This document shows, piece after piece, positions 8,812 to 16,570 of a stretch of DNA of 64,000 nucleotides (position 1 is its first letter; each line of letters opens with the position of its first letter). Made by a program: the position numbers and the translations under genes. Below the pieces are notes generated by a model that ran no database searches, had not been told where the DNA came from, and worked only from the letters and a program-made list of their open reading frames with translations. Source of the DNA: an uncultured Eubacteriales bacterium (GTDB taxonomy: Bacteria; Actinomycetota; Coriobacteriia; Anaerosomatales; JAAXUF01). The DNA is taken from contig CAZFRE010000001.1 in assembly GCA_964521195.1 (NCBI GenBank), positions 66,866 to 130,865 of the forward strand. The letters run 5' to 3'.

Positions 8812-9026
8812 GCCGCAAGGATCCGAAGGACATCGACCCGCGCTGGGCCGAGCAGGTGACCGACGAGATGAAGGACGCGATCGCGGCCAAGGCGGTCGAC
8901 GGGCACGTCACCTGTCCGGTGTTGCGCAAGTACGCCGAGGACACCGGCGTGCCCTACAAGGTAGCCGGTGCGGCCGCCGACATGGCGGGCATCAAGGTCC
9001 ACAACTGCGACCTGGGCTGCTTCTAG
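8808..9026 (+). CDS. Small conserved-looking protein, unknown function, C-terminal HNCDLGCF
   Basis: GTG at 8808 overlaps the moeA stop (GTGA), suggesting translational coupling. 72 aa, lying between moeA and mobB. Confidence 0.45.
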   Translation: MSRKDPKDIDPRWAEQVTDEMKDAIAAKAVDGHVTCPVLRKYAEDTGVPYKVAGAAADMAGIKVHNCDLGCF

Positions 9027-9049
9027 CCAACGACGAATAGGGGTAAGAC

Positions 9050-9589
9050 ATGACGGCTGCGCCGAACACGGTGCCGATCGTCTCAGTGGTGGGGAAGGGC
9101 GACTCCGGCAAGACGACCTTCCTCGAGAAGCTGATTCGCGAACTGGCGGATCGCGGCGTTCGCGTTGCGACCGTGAAGCATCACATCCACGACTACGACA
9201 TCGACGTCCCCGGCAAGGACTCGTACCGCCACGCGCGTGCGGGCGCCTTCGCGACGATGGTCTCGTCTCCCGAGAAGTTCGCGCTCATCCACGACGTCGA
9301 AGAGGAGATGCCGCTCGACACGATCGCCGGCGTCGCCGCGGCCGCGGGTGCGGACCTGCTCATCACCGAGGGCTACAAGCGCGAGGGCCGCAACCGCATC
9401 GAGATCAACCGCAGCGCCCGCTCCGACACGCTCATCTGCGAACCCGGCGAGATGACCGCGCTCGTGACCGACAACGAGTCGCTCGCCGCCGAGATCGCCG
9501 CGGCCGGCGTCCCGGTCTTCGGCCTTGACGACGGCTTCGTCGGCGTCGCCGACCTCATCGCCGAAAAGTTCCTGCGAGACGACGCCTGA
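9050..9589 (+). CDS. mobB: Molybdopterin-guanine dinucleotide biosynthesis adaptor MobB
   Basis: P-loop VVGKGDSGKTT followed by VATVKHH, as is typical of MobB. Confidence 0.8.
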   Translation: MTAAPNTVPIVSVVGKGDSGKTTFLEKLIRELADRGVRVATVKHHIHDYDIDVPGKDSYRHARAGAFATMVSSPEKFALIHDVEEEMPLDTIAGVAAAAGADLLITEGYKREGRNRIEINRSARSDTLICEPGEMTALVTDNESLAAEIAAAGVPVFGLDDGFVGVADLIAEKFLRDDA

Positions 9590-10614
9590 TGGCCACCGAC
9601 GCGCACGGCAGGCGCATCGACTACCTCCGGATATCGCTCACCGACCGGTGCAACCTGCGCTGCGTCTACTGCATGCCCGAGTCCGGCGTCGCCTGGAAGG
9701 ATCCGTCCGAGATCCTGACCTACGACGAGATCCTCCGGTTCTCGCGCGTCGCGGTCGAGGAAGGCATCAGCAAGATCCGGCTTACCGGCGGCGAGCCGCT
9801 CGTGCGCCGCGGCGTACCGGACCTCGTCCGCGACCTGCGCGCGATCGCCGGCGTCGAGAGCCTCGCGCTCACCACGAACGCCACGCTGCTGCCGCGTTTC
9901 GCGGCCGAGCTGCGCGACGCCGGCCTCGAGCGCATCAACATCAGCCTCGACTCGCTCGACCCCGAGGCGTACGCCCGCATCACACGCGGCGGCAACCTTC
10001 AGGATGCGCTCGACGGCCTCGATGCCGCGTTCGAGACCGGCTTCTCGCCGGTCAAGCTCAACGTCGTCGTCGTGCGCTCGCTCGCCCAAGACCTGCTCGG
10101 CTTCGCGAAGATGTCGCTCGGGCGGCCGCTGCACGTGCGGTTCATCGAATACATGCCGGTCGGCGACGCCGAGGAGGGCTCGGGCTGCCACTCCGACGGC
10201 AGCGCCTCGTGGACCGCGGCCGACACGATGCCGAGCGAGGAGGTCGTCGACCGCATCTCCGCCGAAGGCGTAGCCGCGGGCCTCGGCGAGCTGCTCGAAG
10301 TCGAGCGCGACAAGGCGCCCGGCGGTTGGGGGCCGGCGCGGTACTACCGTTTCGCGGAGTCGCAGGGCACCGTCGGCGTCATCTCACCGCTCTCGCATCA
10401 CTTCTGCGCCGAGTGCAACCGCCTGCGGCTCACCGCCGACGGCCGCCTGCGCCCGTGCCTGTTCAGCGACAACGAACTCGACGTGCGCACCGTGCTTCGG
10501 GAAGGTACCGATGAGGACGTGCGTGCGATCGTCCGCGAGGCGTTGCGCATCAAGCCCGAGAACCACGCCGAGCGCATCGGCACCGAACGCCAGATGTCCC
10601 AGATCGGGGGCTAG
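9589..10614 (+). CDS. moaA: GTP 3',8-cyclase MoaA (radical SAM)
   Basis: Radical SAM motif CNLRCVYC near the N-terminus and a C-terminal cluster motif CAECNRLRLTADG. ATGA overlap with mobB. Confidence 0.9.
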   Translation: MATDAHGRRIDYLRISLTDRCNLRCVYCMPESGVAWKDPSEILTYDEILRFSRVAVEEGISKIRLTGGEPLVRRGVPDLVRDLRAIAGVESLALTTNATLLPRFAAELRDAGLERINISLDSLDPEAYARITRGGNLQDALDGLDAAFETGFSPVKLNVVVVRSLAQDLLGFAKMSLGRPLHVRFIEYMPVGDAEEGSGCHSDGSASWTAADTMPSEEVVDRISAEGVAAGLGELLEVERDKAPGGWGPARYYRFAESQGTVGVISPLSHHFCAECNRLRLTADGRLRPCLFSDNELDVRTVLREGTDEDVRAIVREALRIKPENHAERIGTERQMSQIGG

Positions 10615-10617
10615 CAG

Positions 10618-11115
10618 ATGTCGAACGAGCTCACCCATCTCGACGAGCACGGCAACGCGCATATGGTCGACGTCGCCGATAAGGCCGTCACGCACCGCCG
10701 GGCGGTCGCGGGCGGCTTCGTCGCGATGCTGCCGGAGACGCAGGCGCTCATCACCGGCGGCAGCGCGAAGAAGGGCGACGTGCTCGCCGCCGCCCGCATC
10801 GCCGGCATCATGGCCGCGAAGCGTACGAGCGACCTGATCCCGCTGTGCCACCCGATCTCGCTCACACGCGTGAGCGTGGAGCTCGCGGCAAGCGACGACA
10901 CCGCGCGGCCCGGCATCGCGATCACCGCGACCGCCGAGACCGACGGCAAGACCGGCGTCGAGATGGAGGCGCTCACGGCAGCCTCTGTCGCGGCGCTCAC
11001 TATCTACGACATGTGCAAGGCAGTCGACCGCGGCATGGTCATCTCGGATGTGCGCCTGCTCCACAAGGAAGGCGGCAAGTCGGGGACCTGGACGCGAGAG
11101 GAGCAGGGCGAATGA
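10618..11115 (+). CDS. moaC: Cyclic pyranopterin monophosphate synthase MoaC
   Basis: 165 aa with MoaC blocks (HMVDV, LIPLCHP, EMEALTA, IYDMCKA). Confidence 0.9.
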   Translation: MSNELTHLDEHGNAHMVDVADKAVTHRRAVAGGFVAMLPETQALITGGSAKKGDVLAAARIAGIMAAKRTSDLIPLCHPISLTRVSVELAASDDTARPGIAITATAETDGKTGVEMEALTAASVAALTIYDMCKAVDRGMVISDVRLLHKEGGKSGTWTREEQGE

Positions 11116-11669
11116 GTGAGGCAGCAGGCGCGAAAGGCCGCGTCGTCTCGGTGAACCTGTCTGAGAAGAAGACCGTGCGAAAGCAGCGCTTCGAGCGCGG
11201 CACGCTCGTGCTCGATCGCGGCTTCGAGGGCGACGCGCACGCCGGCGACTGGCACCGCCAGGTCTCGTTCCTCGCGCAGGAGTCGATCGACCTCATGCGC
11301 GAGAAGGGGCTCGACGTGGGCCCCGGTGACTTCGCCGAGAACATCACCACCGAGGGCGTCGACGTCATGACGCTGCCGGTCGGTTCGATCGTGCGCGTCG
11401 GCGACACGGTGCTCGAGATCAGCCAGGTGGGCAAGGTCTGCCACAACAAGTGCGCTATCTACTACCAGGCGGGCGACTGCGTCATGCCGCGCGAGGGCGT
11501 CTTCGCCGTCGTGCGCACCGCAGGAGAGATCTCTGTGGGTGACGAGGTCGAGATCGTGTCGCTTGGCGACGGCACCTGCGAGCGTTCGCCCGAGGACTCG
11601 CTCGCGGAGTCCGAGAGCGTGCGGGCGGCCAACGAGTGCCGCAAGCTCGAGAAGGAGGCGGCGCAGTAG
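11112..11669 (+). CDS. MOSC domain-containing protein
   Basis: ATG at 11112 overlaps the moaC stop (ATGA). MOSC-like beta-barrel sequence with a conserved Cys (GKVCHNKC). Confidence 0.6.
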   Translation: MSEAAGAKGRVVSVNLSEKKTVRKQRFERGTLVLDRGFEGDAHAGDWHRQVSFLAQESIDLMREKGLDVGPGDFAENITTEGVDVMTLPVGSIVRVGDTVLEISQVGKVCHNKCAIYYQAGDCVMPREGVFAVVRTAGEISVGDEVEIVSLGDGTCERSPEDSLAESESVRAANECRKLEKEAAQ

Positions 11670-12142
11670 TGGCGGACCTCAGCGTCGGCATAATCACCTG
11701 CTCGGACACGCGAGGCGAGGCCGAGGACACCGCCGGCCGGGCACTCTCGGAGCTCATCGCCGATCACGGCTGGACGCTCGCCGGCTATCAGGTCGTGCCC
11801 GACGAGCGGCTGCGCATCGAAGCGGCTATCGTCGAGATGGCCGACGGCGGTGCCGACGTCATCCTCACCTGCGGCGGCACTGGGCTCGGACCGCGCGACA
11901 TCACGCCCGAGGCGACGCTCGCGGTCTGCAACCGCCCGGTCCCCGGCATCGCCGAGCACATGCGCGCCGAGTCGCTGAAGGTCACCGGCCGCGCGATGCT
12001 CTCGCGAGCGACCGCCGCGGCGCGCGGCACCACGCTCGTGGTGAACCTCCCCGGTTCGGAAAAGGCCGCGCGCGAGTGCTTCGGCTTCGTCGCCGACCAG
12101 TTCGAGCACGCGGTGAAGATGATGCACGGCGGGGGCCACTGA
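11669..12142 (+). CDS. moaB: MoaB/MogA-family molybdenum cofactor biosynthesis protein
   Basis: GTG at 11669 lies 11 nt after GAAGGAGG. Blocks TCSDTRG, TCGGTGLGPRD and NLPGS are present. The track start at 11636 overlaps the MOSC gene. Confidence 0.8.
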   Translation: MADLSVGIITCSDTRGEAEDTAGRALSELIADHGWTLAGYQVVPDERLRIEAAIVEMADGGADVILTCGGTGLGPRDITPEATLAVCNRPVPGIAEHMRAESLKVTGRAMLSRATAAARGTTLVVNLPGSEKAARECFGFVADQFEHAVKMMHGGGH

Positions 12143-12146
12143 TCCG

Positions 12147-13349
12147 ATGGCGAATACTCGCGAGCACACCGCCCCGCGTCCTCGTACGGTCTACTTCGAC
12201 CACGCGGCGACGTCATGGCCCAAGCCACCCGAGGTCGTCTCGGCGGTTGAGCGGTCGCTGACCGAGCACGGGGGCAACCCGGGCCGTGGAGCGTACAGCA
12301 TGGCGGTCGACACCGCGCGGGCGATCCACGCCGCCCGCCGCGAGGTGGCGGCGCTGCTCGGCGTGGCAGACGCCAAGAACCTGCTGTTCCAGCCGGGCTG
12401 CACGCAGGCGATGAACCTCATGCTGTTCGGGCTGATCAAGCCGGGCGATCGCGTCGTCGCGTGTCCAACGGAGCACAACGCTGTCGCGAGGCCACTGAAC
12501 GTGCTCGCATCGCGAGGCGTCGAGGTCGTGCTCGCGGCCGCTGACGATGCTGGCTTCGTTGACGTGGACAGTGTCGAGGCGCTCGTCGCCGAGGCGCCTA
12601 CTCGCGCCGTGGTGTGCCAGCATGCCGGCAACGTCACCGGGACGATCCAGCCCGTCGCCGATCTCGCCGACATCGCGCACGAGCGTGGTGCGCTCATGCT
12701 GGTCGATGGGGCACAGGCCGGCGGCCACCTGCCCATCGACCTGTCGACCCTCGGTGCCGATGCGTGGGCCTGCTCGGGTCACAAGGGCCTGCTCGGCCCG
12801 CAGGGCATCGGCGTGTTGTATCTCGCGCCGGAGTGCGAGCCCGACGAGTTCGTGTTCGGCGGGAGCGGGCAGGGCGAGAGCGAGCATCCGATAGGCCCTC
12901 GATCGCGACCCGACCGCTACGAGGCCGGCACGCCCAACACGCCGGGTATCGTCGGGCTGGGAGCGGCGGCGCGGTGGCTCGCCGAGCACGGCGATGAACA
13001 GCGTGCACACGAGGCCGCGCTGACTCGGAGGCTCGTAGCCGGTGTGCGCGCACTGCCCGGCTACCGCGTGCTCGGCCCCGATCGCGACGAGCCGCGCGTA
13101 CCGGTCGTCTCGGTGGTGCACGAGCGCGCGCAAGCCGATCAGCTCGCGTTCACGCTGGACCGGAGATATGGAATTGCTGTGCGTTCCGGCCTGCACTGTG
13201 CGCCGTGGGCACATACTTCGCTCGGGACGATCGAGTCCGGAGCCTTGCGAATGAGCATCGGATTCGGGTTGAGTGAGGCCGACGTTGACCTCGCGATCGA
13301 GGCGCTCGGCGTTCTCGGCAAGGAGTACGGTGGCTCTGAGCAGGCGTGA
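12147..13349 (+). CDS. Class-V aminotransferase / cysteine desulfurase family protein
   Basis: PLP-lysine context CSGHKGL and a C-terminal active-site-like RSGLHCAP. Located at the end of the Moco biosynthesis gene string. Confidence 0.75.
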   Translation: MANTREHTAPRPRTVYFDHAATSWPKPPEVVSAVERSLTEHGGNPGRGAYSMAVDTARAIHAARREVAALLGVADAKNLLFQPGCTQAMNLMLFGLIKPGDRVVACPTEHNAVARPLNVLASRGVEVVLAAADDAGFVDVDSVEALVAEAPTRAVVCQHAGNVTGTIQPVADLADIAHERGALMLVDGAQAGGHLPIDLSTLGADAWACSGHKGLLGPQGIGVLYLAPECEPDEFVFGGSGQGESEHPIGPRSRPDRYEAGTPNTPGIVGLGAAARWLAEHGDEQRAHEAALTRRLVAGVRALPGYRVLGPDRDEPRVPVVSVVHERAQADQLAFTLDRRYGIAVRSGLHCAPWAHTSLGTIESGALRMSIGFGLSEADVDLAIEALGVLGKEYGGSEQA

Positions 13350-13373
13350 TGAGCCTGGGAACGCGGAGCCGTG

Positions 13374-13402
13374 TTTGACACAGTGTCCACTCGCCCGTAG
13401 AT
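13374..13402 (+). promoter_or_regulatory. Candidate sigma-70-type promoter for the TPR/NHL genes
   Basis: TTGACA (13374-13379), 17-nt spacer, TAGATT (13397-13402). It lies in the 126-nt gap upstream of the TTG start at 13476. Confidence 0.4.
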
Positions 13403-13475
13403 TCGTGCGGGCGTTCTGAGAGCGTCGACGAACGGCCCCGGCAGGCCACGGCGCTGAAGTAAGGGAGATCTCGCT

Positions 13476-14477
13476 TTGTTGAAGCGGGTAACGCTGCTCG
13501 ATGCAGCCATCGGAGTTGTGATCGTCGCTATCCTTCTCGTCGGTGGGTACTTCGCCTACTCGGTCTATGCGAACAACCAGGCGTTGCGCACCGGATCCCC
13601 GGCCAACCGCGAGATCGAGGCGCTCAAGCAGAAGCTCAAGCTCAAGCCCAACGACGTGGAGACCCGCATGCGCCTGGCGCAGGCGCTTTCCGTCGCCGGC
13701 CGTGGAGACGACGCGATCGAGCAGTACCAGCAGGTACTCAAGCTCAACGACGAGTGGGTGCCAGCGCTGTCGGGCGTCGGCTTCGAGCTGATGAAGCAGA
13801 AGGACTGGAAGGGCGGCGAGGAGTACTTCAAGCGAGTCATCAAGCTCACTGAAGGCAAGACGCCCGACATGGCCAGCGGCAGCTCCGCCGAGATCGCGAA
13901 CTACTATGTGGGTATCGCGAGGATGGAGCAGCGCGACTACTCGGGCGCGGCCGGCTACCTGAAGCAGGCTCTGCGCATGCGCCGCGATGCGTCGGACACC
14001 GCATACGCGCTCTCGGTCTGCTACGGCAAGCTCGACATCACCGACGGCCAGCGCGAGATGCTGGCGTACACACTCCAGTTCGATCCCAAGATGCCTGAGG
14101 CGAACTACGACTACGGCAAGATACTGCTGGCCTCCGGCGACGTCGCTGGCGCCGCCGAGCACTTCAGGACTTCGTCCACATCCGCACCGTATAAGCAGGA
14201 GCCCAAGGACGAGCTCGCGAAGCTCGGCTCGGCCACGGAGCGGTTCGCCGAGGCGAAGAAGCTCGCGTCGACCGATGCGAGCTCGGCACTCGTGGAGGCG
14301 AGAGTGGCCGCTGCGCTCGACCCCGAATCCGTGGAGTCGCTGCTACTCGTGGGCACACTCTACGAGAAGGTCAAGAAGAAGGACGACGCGAAGACCACGT
14401 ACGAGAAGGTATTGGTCATCGATCCCGGCAACGCCACCGCAACCGCCGGACTGAAACGGGTGAAGAATGGCTCCTGA
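13476..14477 (+). CDS. Membrane-anchored TPR repeat protein
   Basis: TTG start 9 nt after AAGGGAG. One N-terminal TM helix, then several TPR-like 34-aa repeats. Overlaps the downstream gene by 11 nt. Confidence 0.7.
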   Translation: MLKRVTLLDAAIGVVIVAILLVGGYFAYSVYANNQALRTGSPANREIEALKQKLKLKPNDVETRMRLAQALSVAGRGDDAIEQYQQVLKLNDEWVPALSGVGFELMKQKDWKGGEEYFKRVIKLTEGKTPDMASGSSAEIANYYVGIARMEQRDYSGAAGYLKQALRMRRDASDTAYALSVCYGKLDITDGQREMLAYTLQFDPKMPEANYDYGKILLASGDVAGAAEHFRTSSTSAPYKQEPKDELAKLGSATERFAEAKKLASTDASSALVEARVAAALDPESVESLLLVGTLYEKVKKKDDAKTTYEKVLVIDPGNATATAGLKRVKNGS

Positions 14478-16086
14478 CGAAAGCCCGGAGGTCACGGAAG
14501 TAGCGAGCGATGAGGACTCCGTCCTCCCGACGGAGTCGCTTGCGAACGCCATCGCCCGTGACGGGCTGCGCCCGGAGGACCCGCGGAAGCTGACGAGCCG
14601 CGAGCGCCGCCGCCGCCTCATCCTTCTGGCGATTCTGGCGCTGCTGCTCCTGCTGCTCAGCTACCTCGCCTACTACTACACGATGAACCGCAGAATGCCG
14701 AGCCTGGGGCTCGCGCCTGCGGGCAGCGACTACATCGAGCCCCCGCGCTACCTCTACTCGATCTCCGCTGACGGCGCCCAGTCCCTCGTCCGGCCGGTCG
14801 GTGTCGGCGTCGCCGATGACGGCCGGGTCTACGTCGTCGACTTCGGGCACCGGCGGGTGAGCGTCTTCAGCAATCCCGGCCGCTACCTGTTCTCCTTCGA
14901 TACGACCGCCGACGGCAAACTCGTCAATGCGGTGCACCTGGTCATCAACGATGGCGAGGTGTGGGTTTCCGAGCGCTCGAACCGCACGATCTACGTCTTC
15001 GATCTCGAGGGCAACTACCTGCGCAAGTTCGTCCCGAAGAACGAACCTGATCTGAAGTGGACCCCCCTCGCGTTCTCGTTCGACGCGAGCGGGGCACTGC
15101 GCGTCACCGACGTGGGGGACACGAACAACCACAGGCTGCACTACTTCTCCGTGGATGGGAGTCGGACTGCCACCATCGGGAAGACCGCGCAGGTCAACTC
15201 GCTGCAGGAGCAGCCGGGCACGTTCCTGTTCCCGAACGGCGTCGCGGTGGACGCCAAGGGCGAGGTCTACGTCTCCGACGGCGACAACCGACGCGTCCAG
15301 GTCTTCGATCCCAACGGGGCGTTCCTGCGCTTCATCGACACGAGCGGCGTGCCCCGGGGTATCGCCATCGATCAGAAGAGTCGACTCTATGTGGCCGATG
15401 CTCTCGCGCACACGGTCTCCGTGTTCGACCTGAAGGGCAAGATGCTCACCCAGTTCGGCGAGCGTGGGTTTGGCCCGGGCCAGTTCAACTACCCCAACGA
15501 CATCGCCATCGACAGGCGGGGTCGCATCTACATCACCGACCGCGAGAACGGCCAGGTACAGGTGTGGGGCTGGTCGGTCGCGCAGATTCCGCCGGTCCCG
15601 GTTCCGAAGACACCGTTGGCATGGCTTGCCGCCCTGGCGTGCTGCCTGCCGCTCATCCTGCTGCCGCTATTGCTCCTTGCCCGCCGCAAGGTCCGCGTCG
15701 TCGTGACGCCGGAGTTCATGGATGCCTTGGAACTGGTCGGCGAAATCCGGCCGACCGCCGAGAAGGCGCGCGTGCGGCTTATCGCACCGGAAGAGGATCT
15801 GGCGCACTACGAGGGCCGGGTCGTAGACTCCATCGTGCTGACCGACCTGCTCACGTTCGAGGAGTACTCGGAATCGGACGCGCGTGCGCTCATGGAGAAG
15901 TACAAGATCACGCAGCGTCCGGCGATGCTGCTTTCGATGGCATGGCGCGCTAAGGCACTGGCCACGGACGACAACGACCTGCGACTCCTGGCTCTGCTGG
16001 CGGAGATCAGAACGGTCGACGTCAAGGAGTTCCGTGAGATCTATCTCAAACGCGACGTTGTCGCTGAAGAGGTGGATGGAGAGTAG
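14467..16086 (+). CDS. Two-TM NHL-repeat beta-propeller protein with ~135-aa cytoplasmic C-terminal domain
   Basis: A TM helix at about residues 52-72, then NHL-type repeats (for example GVAVDAKGEVYVSDGDNRRVQVFD and DIAIDRRGRIYITDRENGQVQVW). A second TM follows (LAALACCLPLILLPLLLLA), then a charged C-terminal domain. Confidence 0.7.
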   Translation: MAPDESPEVTEVASDEDSVLPTESLANAIARDGLRPEDPRKLTSRERRRRLILLAILALLLLLLSYLAYYYTMNRRMPSLGLAPAGSDYIEPPRYLYSISADGAQSLVRPVGVGVADDGRVYVVDFGHRRVSVFSNPGRYLFSFDTTADGKLVNAVHLVINDGEVWVSERSNRTIYVFDLEGNYLRKFVPKNEPDLKWTPLAFSFDASGALRVTDVGDTNNHRLHYFSVDGSRTATIGKTAQVNSLQEQPGTFLFPNGVAVDAKGEVYVSDGDNRRVQVFDPNGAFLRFIDTSGVPRGIAIDQKSRLYVADALAHTVSVFDLKGKMLTQFGERGFGPGQFNYPNDIAIDRRGRIYITDRENGQVQVWGWSVAQIPPVPVPKTPLAWLAALACCLPLILLPLLLLARRKVRVVVTPEFMDALELVGEIRPTAEKARVRLIAPEEDLAHYEGRVVDSIVLTDLLTFEEYSESDARALMEKYKITQRPAMLLSMAWRAKALATDDNDLRLLALLAEIRTVDVKEFREIYLKRDVVAEEVDGE

Positions 16087-16115
16087 TTGACCCGGCCCTT
16101 TTAGGGGTCTATTGT
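16087..16115 (+). promoter_or_regulatory. Candidate sigma-70-type promoter for the formate dehydrogenase/cytochrome operon
   Basis: TTGACC (16087-16092), 17-nt spacer, TATTGT (16110-16115). It sits about 80 nt upstream of riboswitch copy C. Confidence 0.4.
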
Positions 16116-16197
16116 GGGGCTACGCGGAGTTTGTGACGATTGTTGCAAGCCAGCGAGCGGTCCGGCAGTCGCTTGCGAACCGCCTTGAAAGCGCGAC

Positions 16198-16306
16198 ACA
16201 GACGATCTCCGAGCCTTCCAGCCTAAGGCGTCCCCAAGACGCTATGGCTTCAAGGCCGATGGGTGCCAGTGGAAACGCTGACGCCTCCCGACTTGGAAAG
16301 GAGACC
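16198..16306 (+). promoter_or_regulatory. Moco/Tuco riboswitch-like element, copy C (terminator-coupled)
   Basis: Blocks CUCCGAGCC, GCCUA, a GAAA hairpin (16067+200: 16267-16280), GCCUCCC (16282-16288) and GGAAAGGAG (16295-16303). The GAAA-hairpin stem covaries among the three copies (ATCGAGG/CCTCGAT, GCGG/CCGC, CAGTG/CGCTG). Confidence 0.7.
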
Positions 16307-16394
16307 GCACACACCGGGAGGCCCCAGGATGGGGACCTCTTAGCTGTGCGGCGCTTTCCTCGGGGTAAGGAAGATCGGCATGAGTACGAAAACG

Positions 16395-16449
16395 AACCGG
16401 TATGCAGCGGGGCAGTCCCCCGACTTTGCGTACCGGTTTTTCGTTTTGT
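16395..16449 (+). terminator. Intrinsic terminator-like hairpin plus U-tract in the operon leader
   Basis: AACCGGTA ... TACCGGTT stem with an inner CGGGG/CCCCG stem, followed by TTTTCGTTTTGT. A T-run like this is rare in so GC-rich a sequence. Confidence 0.55.
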
Positions 16450-16543
16450 GTGCTCCCAATCGCCTCCCCGAACAGATGAGAGGAGGCGATCGCGCGGGAT
16501 AGGCAATCCTCACACAAGGTAGGGAGCTAGTTCTTATCCGTAC

Positions 16544-16570
16544 TACCTCCGAGAGAAAGGAATGGAGGTA
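16544..16570 (+). promoter_or_regulatory. SD/start-codon sequestering hairpin
   Basis: TACCTCC (16544-16550) is complementary to GGAGGTA (16564-16570). The latter holds the SD and the first base of the ATG at 16570. Confidence 0.4.

Noticed and set aside
12213-14162. 649-aa minus-strand ORF antisense to the cysteine desulfurase and TPR genes. Similar cases are 18667-20454, 49411-50967 and 53104-55257.
   Set aside because: No recognisable domains and low-complexity Arg/His/Asp-rich sequence, each opposite a well-supported gene.
16329-16343. Four-codon mini-ORF (ATG GGG ACC TCT TAG) after a GGAGG in the FDH leader, as a possible leader peptide.
   Set aside because: Too short, with no regulatory codon logic. 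The sequence is more simply half of a hairpin (GAGGCCCC / GGGGACCTC).
16112-16522. Track ORFs (136 aa plus-strand; 128 and 91 aa minus-strand) in the gap before the FDH gene.
   Set aside because: The region is better explained as a structured leader: a Moco-type aptamer, a switching helix and a U-tract terminator. The translated sequences are not protein-like.
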